Source: Eledone cirrhosa
Taxonomy: Eukaryota
Length of the DNA stretch: 64,000 nt
Direction: 5' to 3'
NCBI GenBank assembly: GCA_964016885.1
Contig: OZ024752.1
Coordinates: 36,890,001-36,954,000, forward strand
The translations under genes and the position numbers were made by a program. Below are positions 25,955 to 38,825 of the stretch, in pieces (the first letter of the stretch is position 1; every line of letters begins with the position of its first letter). The notes beneath the pieces are model-generated. The model was not told the origin of the DNA and made no database searches. It saw only the letters and a list, made by a program, of their open reading frames with translations.

Positions 25955-27087
25955 TGCATTACTTTCAACTCTTCTTATTAATAACTGCATTGTTTCTTTT
26001 CACGGACTATATTTAAAAATAAACCTCATTTGGTCATTCCATGAGAGTATCTTGGTCAGCCTATGAAGGAGTGTTGCTAGAGCTGTGAAATCTTGCATGC
26101 ATTACTTTCAACTCTTCTTATTAATAACTGCATCGTTTCTTTTCACGGACTATATTTAAAAATAAACCTCACTTGGTCATTCCATGAGAGTATCTTGGTC
26201 AGCCTATGAAGGAGTGTTGCTAGAGCTGTGAAATCTTGCATGCATTACTTTCAACTCTTCTTATTAATAACTGCATTGTTTCTTTTCACGGACTATATTT
26301 AAAAATAAACCTCATTTGGTCATTCCATGAGAGTATCTTGGTCAGCCTATGAAGGAGTGTTGCTAGAGCTGTGAAATCTTGCATGCATTACTTTCAACTC
26401 TTCTTATTAATAACTGCATTGTTTCTTTTCACGGACTATATTTAAAAATAAACCTCATTTGGTCATTCCATGAGAGTATCTTGGTCAGCCTATGAAGGAG
26501 TGTTGCTAGAGCTGTGAAATCTTGCATGCATTACTTTCAACTCTTCTTATTAATAACTGCATTGTTTCTTTTCACGGACTATATTTAAAAATAAACCTCA
26601 TTTGGTCATTCCATGAGAGTATCTTGGTCAGCCTATGAAGGAGTGTTGCTAGAGCTGTGAAATCTTGCATGCATTACTTTCAACTCTTCTTATTAATAAC
26701 TGCATTGTTTCTTTTCACGGACTATATTTAAAAATAAACCTCATTTGGTCATTCCATGAGAGTATCTTGGTCAGCCTATGAAGGAGTGTTGCTAGAGCTG
26801 TGAAATCTTGCATGCATTACTTTCAACTCTTCTTATTAATAACTGCATTGTTTCTTTTCACGGACTATATTTAAAAATAAACCTCATTTGGTCATTCCAT
26901 GAGAGTATCTTGGTCAGCCTATGAAGGAGTGTTGCTAGAGCTGTGAAATCTTGCATGCATTACTTTCAACTCTTCTTATTAATAACTGCATTGTTTCTTT
27001 TCACGGACTATATTAAAAAATAAACTTCATTTGGTCATTCCATGAGAGTATCTTGGTCAGCCTATGAAGTTTGCAACCGATCCTCGT
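25955..27087. repeat. 143-bp tandem array (about 8 units) amplified inside a Tc1/mariner-type MITE
   Basis: attactttcaactc recurs at 25958, 26101, 26244 and onward to 26959. The array ends in the TIR gaagtttgcaaccgatcctcg followed by TA. Confidence 0.92.
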
Positions 27088-27115
27088 ATTCATTTCTTTG
27101 GCAGGGAAACGTATA

Positions 27116-27456
27116 CGAGGGTCGACTGCAAAGTTTACAGGCTGACCAAGATACTCTCGTGGAATGAACAAATGAAGTTTATTTTTTAATATAGTCCGTG
27201 AAAAGAAATAATTCAGTTATTAATAAGAAGAGTTGAAATTAATGCATGCAAGATTTCACAGCTCTAGCAACACTCCTTCATAGGCTGACCAAGATACTCT
27301 CATGGAATGACCAAATGAGGTTTATTTTTAAATATAGTTCCTGGAAAGAAACAATGTAGTTATTAATAAAAAGAGTTGAAATGAACGCATGCAAGATTTC
27401 ACAGCTCTAGCATCACTCCTTCATAGTCAGCCTATAACATTTTCAGCCGACCCTCG
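27116..27456. mobile_element. Tc1/mariner-type MITE with two internal 143-bp units, inverted relative to the adjacent array; fragment also at about 35490-35590
   Basis: TA|CGAGGGTCGACTGCAAAGTT...ACATTTTCAGCCGACCCTCG|TA. Confidence 0.8.
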
Positions 27457-28234
27457 TAAAACAAGCCAATTTTAGAGATACATCGTAGAATCAAATATTG
27501 TTCGAGATAAAAACTCAACGAAACCTTTGTAAAGATGATTTAAGTCAATACATCTTCTACTATAAATAAATTCTATTTTATTTCCATTTTTAGATTACCA
27601 TTCATAGTAAACGTGACAACAGTCTCTCCTCCATCTCTCTCTCTCACGTTATTTTTATTTTTGAAATTTCAGCTTGCATGTTTTGCAAACCGTATTAGGA
27701 AGTTCAGTTTGACGTAAGGACATTTTCCGAATAAAACAAAACATTAGAGTATGTTCTGTGTCCATTCTGAGAGGGAGGGATTAAAATAAGACACTTTATT
27801 GTCAAACAAGTTGAAAATAAATAAATAACTTCTTTAGTTTAAAATGTTAGCTATGTCTTTCAGGAAACTAATCCGGATGTTTCCAAGGGAAGGGAAAGGA
27901 TATGACAAACTCTCATGATATATACATTTTTGTGAGTAGGTGTTGAGTGAGGAGATGGTGGTGGTAGAGAGATGTAGGCTTAACAGTATTTCAATTAGTA
28001 CATATCATATTTACATATCACCTGGAGTAGGTGCTGTTTACAGACCGAGGACTCGGGAGAAAGAAAGAAATTGCGACAAAAAGGAGAGAGAGAAAAAAAT
28101 CTCAATTCAAGTAAGTTTTTGACGTATTTCAAATTCTTTTGTTCTTTTAGGGGTTTCTGTCAGGAGATTGCGGCCATGCTGGGGTACCATCTTGGAGAGG
28201 TTTTAGTCGATCATATCGACCCCCGACCCTTTTT

Positions 28235-28789
<555 letters not shown>

Positions 28790-29109
28790 AGGCATTTTTG
28801 CCCAATATAGGTCTGTTATTTTTCTTTATTTTTCTTAATTTAATATTTAAAGTTAAGGATAACAAACTATATTGCTGTAGTTAGTATTTTTTCACCCTAG
28901 AACATTTTGATCCTTACGATTCGAACACATGTATGTTTATATCAGTTTTCATCTCTCTTGTTTATTCAATTATATTGTACGGCTCGGAAAAGCTTTTTTC
29001 TTAGAGCTATTTAATTGTAAGGGACTACCCTCAATTCTTAACTCAATATATATATATATTTATTAAAATAACAGATTAAAGTTTAAGCAAAGAATCGCTG
29101 CTTTCACCC

Positions 29110-29673
29110 TTAACGGGATCTTCTGAAACTAACAAAGTCAATATGTGAACGCAGAAGTGAATATTTGGCAGGATGGTTAGAATGCTTACTTATGTAATTA
29201 AGCGTATCATTCGGCTTTCTATACGGGTAATACAAACCATTCGATAAATTGAGGGTAACGTCGAAGTAATTAACGACCGAGAGGTTGGCCTCAACCTGTA
29301 TAGAGAGGTTGAAGCCTTTAAAGAAGGCTGTGAGTTCTTTTCTGAATCTGTCGCAAGCACGTGGTCTGCACTTAGTCATGGTCAAAAGACCATCATCACG
29401 GTACAAACCACCGCCCACGTTGGGGAATTCGTCCTTGATAGAGAAAAGAAGGAAAAGGCCGATAAGATCAGTAACCTCCGCAGAATCGCTGGCGCCCATA
29501 CTCACGTCGAATGGGTTACTATTAGATTTTTTAATCCAAATAGAGTCGTCGAAATTAATCACCGACTTACGGGCATTGAGGATGACATCAACTTCGAAAT
29601 CCTTAACCACTGTGAGTGTTTTAGCGAAATTAATAGCTCTAAGGAATTGCCAGAGAACGTCTCTATGAACCAC
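29110..29673 (-). mobile_element. Penelope-like element reverse transcriptase fragment (YRDD type)
   Basis: FDVSMGASDSAEVTDLIGLFLL...GLYRDDGL...VNYFDVTLNL...YRKPN...SNHP: PLE RT motifs including the thumb YRKP and SNHP. Bracketed by a 24-bp inverted repeat at 29056-29079 and 29685-29708. Confidence 0.85.
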
Positions 29674-29829
29674 CTAAGAGAATATTAATGTGTTATTTTA
29701 ATAAATATTTGCTCTACAGTTCTTATATATTTGATATATATTTATCCTTATCGAGCCCTCTTTGGATTTTAGTCTTCAAATTTATTATTATTACTATATA
29801 TATATATATATATACACATACGTATAGCA

Positions 29830-29965
29830 GAGTATAAATGTTTTAATATAGAAAAGCTTCTACAGGACTAGAACTGTTTCATTCGTGAGAAATCACTAGG
29901 AAGCTTCCTGATGATTTCTCACGAATGAAACAGTTCTAGTCTTGTAGAAGCTTTTCTATATTAAT
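29830..29965. mobile_element. PLE pseudo-LTR palindrome with hammerhead-like core
   Basis: Near-perfect palindrome centred on ggaagcttcc (about 29899-29908). Right arm reads CTGATGA TTTCTCACGAAT GAAAC AGTT. Confidence 0.6.
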
Positions 29966-29994
29966 ACATATATATATATGCATTTATATATATA

Positions 29995-30043
<49 letters not shown>

Positions 30044-30070
30044 ATACTTGGGGGAACTAATTCATCGCCG

Positions 30071-30124
<54 letters not shown>

Positions 30125-30756
30125 AAGAGTTCAAATCCCGCCGAGGTTGACTTTGCCTTTCATCCTTACGGGGTCGATAAAATAAAGTACCAGTAATGCA
30201 CTGGGTAATTGCTGGCCTTGTGTCTAAAGTAGAAACAGTTATATATAATAAAGAGTTGGCACCCCGGCAGCTGAACTTTTATCATTTCAACAGCTAGTTC
30301 CAGTCTGGAATTAGCTGTTGAAATGGCAAGAGCTCAGCCGTCGGGGACCCGAATCTTTTTTAATATGTGTGTGTGTATGTGTGTGTACACACACACACGC
30401 ACAGACACACACACACACATACACAGACACACAGACACACAAACACACATGTATAAAGCAGGATGGATTTAGTTTGAAACTGGTTAGACCATTACTCAAC
30501 AGAGTACTCAATACTTGGAATAGTAGAGTATGGTTATATTATAAAGAGTTGGGACCCCGATGACTGAGCTCTTGCCGTTTCAACATAATATCATTAAATC
30601 TATAAAGTACTATATATGTAGCTGATCTCCCAGACTTTTATGAAGCGCTGGGGGGGGGGGGGGGATAAAGTTAATATAAAGAGTTGTGTGCTTATGTGGG
30701 GAGATGCTATGAAATAGAGTGAAGACCCTTAAAGACAGAAAAAGAGGTTGTCATCG

Positions 30757-30830
30757 GTCAGCATAAGGAATCGAACCCCATATCTCTCAGATGCCATCTA
30801 GGTGCTTTTAACCATTAAGCCAATGGTCCG
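30757..30830 (-). pseudogene. tRNA-like pseudogene or SINE head
   Basis: Minus strand has a TGGCTTAATGG A box and a GGTTCGATTCC B box, but the acceptor stem pairs poorly. Confidence 0.4.
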
Positions 30831-31980
30831 TGACAACTCTTACCGTCTGAAATTAGATAGCTGAATCATCATCATCATCATCATCACCGTTTTACGTCCA
30901 TTCTTCCACGTTAGCATGGGTTAGACGGGTTGTCCTGTTGTGGGCAATGCCAGGTTAGGTAACCATGTCTTGCTCAAACAAACTGATTTTGGCTTGATTT
31001 CTACAGCTGGATGCCCTTTCTAACATCAACTTCATTTACAGTGAGTGCTGGGTGCTTTTTTTACCCTGGCGCCTACACAACCACTTCTCAATGTGAACTG
31101 AGTGCTTTTTTGTCATGACACCTACCTGACTCCTTTACAGTGGGAGGGGGTGTTGGGGCATACTGTCTATATGCTTCAGCTTCAGCTTGTACCCGTGGGA
31201 AGTCAGCCATAGATTTTAAATTTAAACTGAGGCAGCTAATCAACACATTATCTTTAGATGGCAAATATAAGCTAACCTCCCATTTTACCATCGCTTTTTT
31301 TATTGTCACATATTCCTCGGCTTATATTTGAGTATATATGATAATTGATTTATTTTACACTCTTAGAGGTAAATTTTATCTTTGTTTGCTAGCAGGGAAT
31401 ACTTTTGCTGTCTTATCCGCAGGGCACAGCACTTCTTCCCTTTTGCCCTAGGCCCAAATCCCAATCACCCTCCCCCTGACCCTTCTCCTCTCCTGCGACA
31501 CCAGAGCTCTTTCTATCCTCCCCCTTCCCGGTTTTTTTCCTTCTTTCTTTTCTCTTTTTTTCTCTATATTTCCCTATTCTTTCTTTCCTTTTGTTTCCCG
31601 CCCCCACCCTCTTTTTTATTATTGCCTTCGTTATCGTTGTCATTGTTTCGCAGCATAGAGTTATGGTCCTTTACGATCTGAGTTCATTGGTTTCGAGTTA
31701 TGGTCCTTTACGATCTGAGTTCAAATCCCACTGAGGTTAGATTTACCTTTCATCCTTACGGGGTCGATAAAATAAAGCACCAGTAATGGACTGGGGGTCG
31801 ATTTAATTGACTTTCCCCATCCCCTCAAATTGCTGGCCTTGTGCCTAAAGTAGAAGCGATTATTATTGATTTTACTGTAAATAATATGTTTATAAAGTTT
31901 TTATCAGGTGACAATTATAAACGTTTTGATCTCGTTGAACATCATCAGCATAGCATGGCATAATATACTGAAACCTATTT

Positions 31981-34039
31981 CAGAGGTTTGCAACCTGGTT
32001 CCTGTGGACCACTAGTGGTCCACAGGAAAATTCAGGTGGTCCACAGAAAATTTTCAATAGCAAATTCTTTTTTGATCCCTGCATTTGACTTAAAGCGCTG
32101 TTCTTATTCTTCGCATAAGTACGACATCAGCTGTTTATTTGCGTAGATTTTTAGGCACTGCGACATGATAAAATAAAGCACCAGTAATGGACTGGGGTCG
32201 ATTTAATTGACTTTCCCCATCCCCTCAAATTGCATTTTCTAATTCATTGAAAAAAAAACATCTACTGATGCTTATAAGTAGCAGTTCTATTACAAAAGAT
32301 TTAAAAGTTTAGGTGGTCCACAGAAAATTTTCAATAGCAAATTCTTTTTTGATCCATGCATTTGACTTAAAGCGCTCTTCTTATTCTTCGCATAAGTACG
32401 ACTTCAGCTGTTTATTTGCGTAGATTTTTAGGCACTGCGACATGATAAAATAAAGCAGCAGTAATGGACTGGGGTCGATTTAATTGACTTTCCCCATCCC
32501 CTCAAATTGCATTTTCTAATTCATTGAAAAAAAAACATCTACTGATGCTTATAAGTAGCAGTTCTATTACAAAAGATTTAAAAGTTTAGGTGGTCCACAG
32601 AAAATTTTCAATAGCAAATTCTTTTTTGATCCATGCATTTGACTTAAAGCGCTCTTCTTATTCTTCGCATAAGTACGACTTCAGCTGTTTATTTGCGTAG
32701 ATTTTTAGGCACTGCGACATGATAAAATAAAGCACCAGTAATGGACTGGGGTCGATTTAATTGACTTTCCCCATCCCCTCAAATTGCATTTTCTAATTCA
32801 TTGAAAAAAAAACATCTACTGATGCTTATAAGTAGCAGTTCTATTACAAAAGATTTAAAAGTTTAGGTGGTCCACAGAAAATTTTCAATAGCAAATTCTT
32901 TTTTGATCCATGCATTTGACTTAAAGCGCTCTTCTTATTCTTCGCATAAGTACGACTTCAGCTGTTTATTTGCGTAGATTTTTAGGCACTGCGACATGAT
33001 AAAATAAAGCACCAGTAATGGACTGGGGTCGATTTAATTGACTTTCCCCATCCCCTCAAATTGCATTTTCTAATTCATTGAAAAAAAAACATCTACTGAT
33101 GCTTATAAGTAGCAGTTCTATTACAAAAGATTTAAAAGTTTAGGTGGTCCACAGAAAATTTTCAATAGCAAATTCTTTTTTGATCCATGCATTTGACTTA
33201 AAGCGCTCTTCTTATTCTTCGCATAAGTACGACTTCAGCTGTTTATTTGCGTAGATTTTTAGGCACTGCGACATGATAAAATAAAGCACCAGTAATGGAC
33301 TGGGGTCGATTTAATTGACTTTCCCCATCCCCTCAAATTGCATTTTCTAATTCATTGAAAAAAAAACATCTACTGATGCTTATAAGTAGCAGTTCTATTA
33401 CAAAAGATTTAAAAGTTTAGGTGGTCCACAGAAAATTTTCAATAGCAAATTCTTTTTTGATCCATGCATTTGACTTAAAGCGCTCTTCTTATTCTTCGCA
33501 TAAGTACGACTTCAGCTGTTTATTTGCGTAGATTTTTAGGCACTGCGACATGATAAAATAAAGCACCAGTAATGGACTGGGGTCGATTTAATTGACTTTC
33601 CCCATCCCCTCAAATTGCATTTTCTAATTCATTGAAAAAAAAGCATCTACTGATGCTTATAAGTAGCAGTTCTATTACAAAAGATTTAAAAGTTTAGGTG
33701 GTCCACAGAAAATTTTCAATAGCAAATTCTTTTTTGATCCATGCATTTGACTTAAAGCGCTCTTCTTATTCTTCGCATAAGTACGACTTCAGCTGTTTAT
33801 TTGCGTAGATTTTTAGGCACTGCGACATGATAAAATAAAGCACCAGTAATGGACTGGGGTCGATTTAATTGACTTTCCCCATCCCCTCAAATTGCATTTT
33901 CTAATTCATTGAAAAAAAAGCATCTACTGATGCTTATAAGTAGCAGTTCTATTACAAAAGATTTAAAAGTTTAGGTGGTCCACAGGAAAAAATTACTTAT
34001 TTTGGTGGTTCACAGCGAAAAAAAGGTTGAGAACCCCTG
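31981..34039. mobile_element. hAT-type MITE with 8-bp TSD, expanded by seven 277-bp internal tandem units
   Basis: TIRs CAGAGGTTTGCAACCT and AGGTTGAGAACCCCTG. TSD acctattt at 31973-31980 and 34040-34047. ccacag landmark at 32041, 32318, 32595, 32872, 33149, 33426, 33703 and 33980. Confidence 0.9.
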
Positions 34040-35589
34040 ACCTATTTTGATCTATTGACGAGATAGAAATAAACTACAGAAAGTTTTTAGTACAGTGTCC
34101 CCGGCTTTGTTCATATTAAACTTATCTGTTTGTTAATTGTAAGATATGGGTCAAGGAAGGAGTGACAACATGGTCACTTGACCTTCTAGAAATAGAAGCA
34201 AAATCTTCCTCAAATCACACACCCTACTATCTTAAATAATGCACTCCTTGACAGGATGGTCACAGCCAGAACATATGTCTGTTTTATCTGGTGCAAAACA
34301 ACAACAATAACAACGCTACAAGATATATTAATAAGTCTGTTTGGTCTGGGATGGAGAAGGGGCAAAGCAGCAACAACAACAACCCATTATAATAAAGGTG
34401 GTGGATTGGCAGTATCGGTGGAGAGTCAGACGCCATGCTTTGCAGCATTGAGTTACAGCCCTTTATGATCTGAATTCAAATCCTGCCGAGGTTAACTTCG
34501 CCTTTCATCCTTACAGGGTCAATAAAATAAAGTACCAGTCACACACTGGAGTCGATTTAATCGACTTTCCCCCTCCCCCAAAATTGCTGGCTTTGTGCCT
34601 ATATAAGAAACCATTATAATAAGTCTGTTTTATCTGGGACAAACAACAACAACAACAACAACAACACTACAAGGTATAAATTAACATACTCAAAGATAAA
34701 AAAAAAAAAATCTTTGTCTTTTATATTAAAATATAATCGATTTTGCTGGCTGGTATTTCATATATTGGTTATTCAGCAAGGAAAAAAAATGGTTTTAATT
34801 TCAAAAATGTCCTTAATCTGTATAATTATCGGCTGAATTCTACATGAATTCCTGTAATAAATGGTCTGGAGCTTCCCTCCTCCATCAGGTCCATAATAAA
34901 TATTATACTGTAATGTGTAATAATGTACAGCAATCGTTCTACTTAATTTTTGCTGATCAAATTACAGTTTGTTTGTTTTTTTAATGAATATTGATGTTTC
35001 TCCCATAGTAATTTGGTGGTGGGTTCTATATAGCAACAAAGGCAGGACTATTTCATTATTGGATTGGCAGTATCGGTAGAGGGTCGGACGCCATGTTTTG
35101 CTGCAAAGAGTTACGGCCCTTGCCATTCTGAGTTCAAATCCCGCCGAGGTTGATTTGCCTTTCATCCTTATGGGGTCGATAAAATAAAGTACCAGTAATA
35201 CACTGGGTAATTGCTGGCCTTGTGCCAAAAGTAGAAACAATTATTAGTTCTGAGTTATATATAACAAGAAATAGGTTTTTGTTTGAAACCATTTCACTTT
35301 AGTTATGCTAACTCCCCCCCCCCCCCTCCCTCCCCCCTCATTGAGTGCTATAATGAAAGCCATTGTTGTGATACAGTTATAGTTTCTCTTCAATGGAAAA
35401 TACATCAAATTTTAAACTTACTACTTCCTTACACTGACATTTTGTGAAAGTCTTTGTATAATTTGAACATTAACTCCTGATAGTGCTATACAAGTGTCAG
35501 CTGAAAAAGTTCATAGGTGACCAAGATACTCTCATGGAATGACCAAATGAGGTTTATTTTATCAACATAGTCCTTGGAAAGAAACAATG

Positions 35590-35862
35590 CATTCAGCCAT
35601 GAAGCAACTTGTATTGAGTTACATGGTACCAGTATCTGGCAGAAGCTTGACCAGATCAGGGTCTGGTGGAGGAGCTAGTTTAGTTGCTGACCACTTGACC
35701 ATAAAGCAAGTTGTACTGGATTACATGGTATTTGTAGCAGACAGCAGCCTGACCAGACAAGGGTCTGATGGAATAACTGGTTTAGTCACCGACGACTTGG
35801 CCATGAAGCAGGTTGTACTTGGTTACATGGTACCAGTATTTGGCAGAAGCCTGGCCTGACCA
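35590..35862 (-). repeat. About 2.5 degenerate ~105-bp tandem units homologous to the motif at 62550-62635
   Basis: Minus strand repeats actggtaccatgtaaccaagtacaacctgcttcatgg...gtcgtcggtgactaaac. Confidence 0.6.
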
Positions 35863-35869
35863 CTTTACA

Positions 35870-36180
35870 TCATGTACTGGGAGCATGGTTTCTACAGCAG
35901 GATGCCCTTCCTAATGCCAAATACTTTACAATATGTACTGGGAGCATGGCTTCTACAGAGGATGCATTTCCTTATGCCAACCCCTGTACATCATGTACCG
36001 GGAGCATGGTTTCTACAGCAAGATGCCCTTCCTAATGCCAAATACTCTACAGTATGTACTGGGAGCATGGCTTCTACAGAGGATGCATTTCCTTTTGCCA
36101 ACCCCTGTACATCATGTACTGGGGGCATGGTTTCTACAGCAGGATGCGCTTCCTAATGGCAATTACTTTACATCATGTAC
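35870..36180. repeat. About 60-bp tandem units (about 5 copies, alternating) derived from the RTE/SINE tail motif
   Basis: atgtactgggagcatggtttctacagcaggatgcccttcctaatgcc repeated. Confidence 0.75.
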
Positions 36181-36382
36181 TGTACATGTACATTCCTGGA
36201 ACTCTTCCCTCTTACTTTCCATTTCTGTTTCTTTTTAATCCCTACTTTTCTCATTTCTTTGCACAATTTTTCTGTATTCTTTTAGATGAAACTGCTTAAA
36301 GTTGTGATGTTTCTATTTGTTCATTAAATCAACAATTTTTTTTCTTAGGTACATTAAAGGAAAGAAAACTGAAAGAAAGCAG

Positions 36383-36458
36383 ATGAGTTCAGCAACCCCC
36401 CACTTGTGTATTTTTTCTCTCATTTATGTTTTGATGTATATATTGCCAATATCAACAG
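36383..36458 (+). CDS. Uncharacterised secreted or membrane glycoprotein (gene 2), signal-peptide exon MSSATPHLCIFSLIYVLMYILPIST
   Basis: Acceptor ttttcttag| before 36349, ATG at 36383, hydrophobic core, donor ACAG|GTAAGT (phase 1). The frame is also open back to the acceptor, so an upstream start cannot be excluded. Confidence 0.72.
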
Positions 36459-37839
36459 GTAAGTTCAAGTTTAAAGACTAACTATACCATTTATTGCTTT
36501 GATTAAGATATTGACGATTTAGTATTGGTCCAGACCACAATGGTGGCTTAATAATTTTCTTGTGATCATAGCAAGAAGTGTGGAAATTAGATTCATCAGC
36601 TTGCTAAACTATAAATTGAAATTATTTTATTTGGAAGAAGCATGTGACATAACTGGAAAAAAGGAAGGAACCTTGTAGGAGCTGGTTTAGGGAGTTATAA
36701 CTAAATACCCAGGTACTGGGCCTGAACACAATGATGACATCACAGAATTCTGTAATGTTTCATTTAGCTTGAAAACTGTTATTGGAAAATTGTTTCTGAT
36801 TTAGGCCCAAGGCCAACAATTTTTGGGGGAGGGTAAAGTCGATTAAATCGACCCAGTGCATTACTGGTACTTTATTTTATCAACCCCTGTAAGGGTGAAA
36901 GGCAAAGCTAACCTCGGCGGGATTTGAACTTAGAACATAAAGGACCGTAACTCTATGCCACAAAACATGTTGTCTGATTATAATTGTTTCTACTTTTGGC
37001 ACAATGCCAGCAATTACCCAGTGCATTACTGGTACTTTATTTTATCAACCCCTGTAAGGGTGAAAGGCAAAGCTAACCTCGGCGGGATTTGAACTCAGAA
37101 TGGCAAGGGCCATAACTCTATGCATCAAAGCATGGCGTACAACCCTCTACCGATACTGCCAATCCACCATATTGTCTGATTATAATATTAATAAAAACTA
37201 TAATCCATGGGCATTTTGTAATCTCTTGCCTGTGACTGCCCTCTGGTTCCTCTCCACAGCCTTGGTGTCCACTCTGTCACGCTAGTAGTCCACCTGTTGT
37301 CTCTGAAACGAGAGACATGGCTAGCCCATCTATGTTTGCCCTTCTTGATAGTCTTGATTATGTCTGTTACACCAGTCTGCTGTCAACTCCAGGTGTTGCT
37401 CTTCCTGTCATGTAAAGTAATGCTGAATATGATTTGCCCTATTTTACATATGTTGGGTCACTGCAGTGGTGGTGTTTGAGTGCCTGTGGCTCACTTCCAT
37501 TAGTCATCATTAGCAGAACATATTCATTAAGCATTTAGCCAGAATTCACTCACCCTTTTCTGTTCAAACTGGCTGTAAATGGCCATTCATACTCATGTTA
37601 AGGTATTGTTCTCAAAATAAATAACATCAAAATCTCATAGATTCAATATTATGTGAGATAATTATGTGAGGTAAAGTGTTTACCACAAAAATATAATTGT
37701 AAATACAGAGTAATGTAAATGCTAAAGGGTTAAGCAGCATTCTCTTAGTTTTAATTGTTGACGTGGGACTTCTAACGAGAGAGAGTGAGTAATGGGGTTT
37801 ACTAGTTAAGACTAATAAGACCAGCTTAGTACTTGATAC

Positions 37840-38073
37840 TTAACCCTTTCATGACTGCATTTCTAATGAAGTGCACTCTATTTTGATTAGTTAATGTAGA
37901 ATTTTGAGTGATTTATTAAGATTATTAATTATTTCTTTACTAAGATAGTAACTTAATGTTAAGTTCTTATATAAAATTATGTTGGAAGATTTAAATTTAA
38001 ATTTGAAACCTTTAAAATCGGTGGTTTTATTTCATTGAACCAGAGCTAGTTTGGATGGTAACTAAAGGGTTAA
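37840..38073. mobile_element. TTAA-flanked MITE (second piggyBac-type family), the single-unit progenitor of the 62-bp array at 41761-42500
   Basis: TTAACCCTTT...AAAGGGTTAA ends. Contains one copy of agttcttatataaaattatgttggaagatt. Confidence 0.6.
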
Positions 38074-38349
38074 GATAATAGAGAGTAGGTAGTATAACGT
38101 GTCTCTGCCTGATGACTGTACCATATCGACAACAAGCCAGCCACTCACATGTGCATGTATATATGTATATTTGTGTGCGTATTTTGTATATAATCATACA
38201 TAAAGATTTACCAAAAAAAGTACTTAATATATGTCAGTGGAACATATTTATTTTTTCTATTTTTACTGGAAGAAATTATTCCCACATACACACAACATTG
38301 AAATTTCTTGAATGTAACTAATAACATTCTTTGTTTTATTCTCTTTCAG

Positions 38350-38364
38350 CTGTTTGCGAAATAT
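38350..38364 (+). CDS. Gene 2 microexon 1 (15 nt, phase 1-1; AVCEI)
   Basis: ttttattctctttcag|CTGTTTGCGAAATAT|gtgagt: strong acceptor and donor, length a multiple of 3, in frame. Confidence 0.62.
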
Positions 38365-38489
38365 GTGAGTTAAATAAATTTACACCTACATTATTGTACA
38401 GAAGCATCTAACTGCTTCACAAGCTTCCCTTGCTTACCATTTTTTCTTTATTTTTCTTTTTATGCTTATTTTACCTCCCATAGACCTTA

Positions 38490-38825
38490 CCTATTTAAGT
38501 CTATCTTGTTTTTTATTCCCAACTGTAAGAAGTACTAGATACTTATCCCTAGTCTGTCATCGCTTACTAGCTCTATACAGACGTTTAAATTGATTTTTAG
38601 TTTTATATTCACTTATCTCTGTCTATCTTGTTTTTTTTTTATTTCCCAACTGTAAGAAGTACTAGATACTTCCCCTAGTCTGTTATGGCTTACTAGCTCT
38701 ATACGGACGTTTAAAATGATTTTAATTTTAATTCTTATTTTTATATTCCCTTATCTCTGGATATCTCTGTCTTGTTTTTTTATTTCTCAACTGTAAGAAG
38801 TACAAAATATTCCCCCTAGTCTAAA
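38490..38825. repeat. About 2.5 degenerate ~125-140 bp tandem copies in the intron after microexon 1
   Basis: tcttgtttttt...caactgtaagaagtac...ccctagtct occurs three times. Confidence 0.7.

Noticed and set aside
30757-30830. Functional tRNA gene
   Set aside because: A and B boxes are present but the cloverleaf acceptor stem is poor, so it is treated as a pseudogene or SINE head. All other tRNA-like boxes belong to SINEs.
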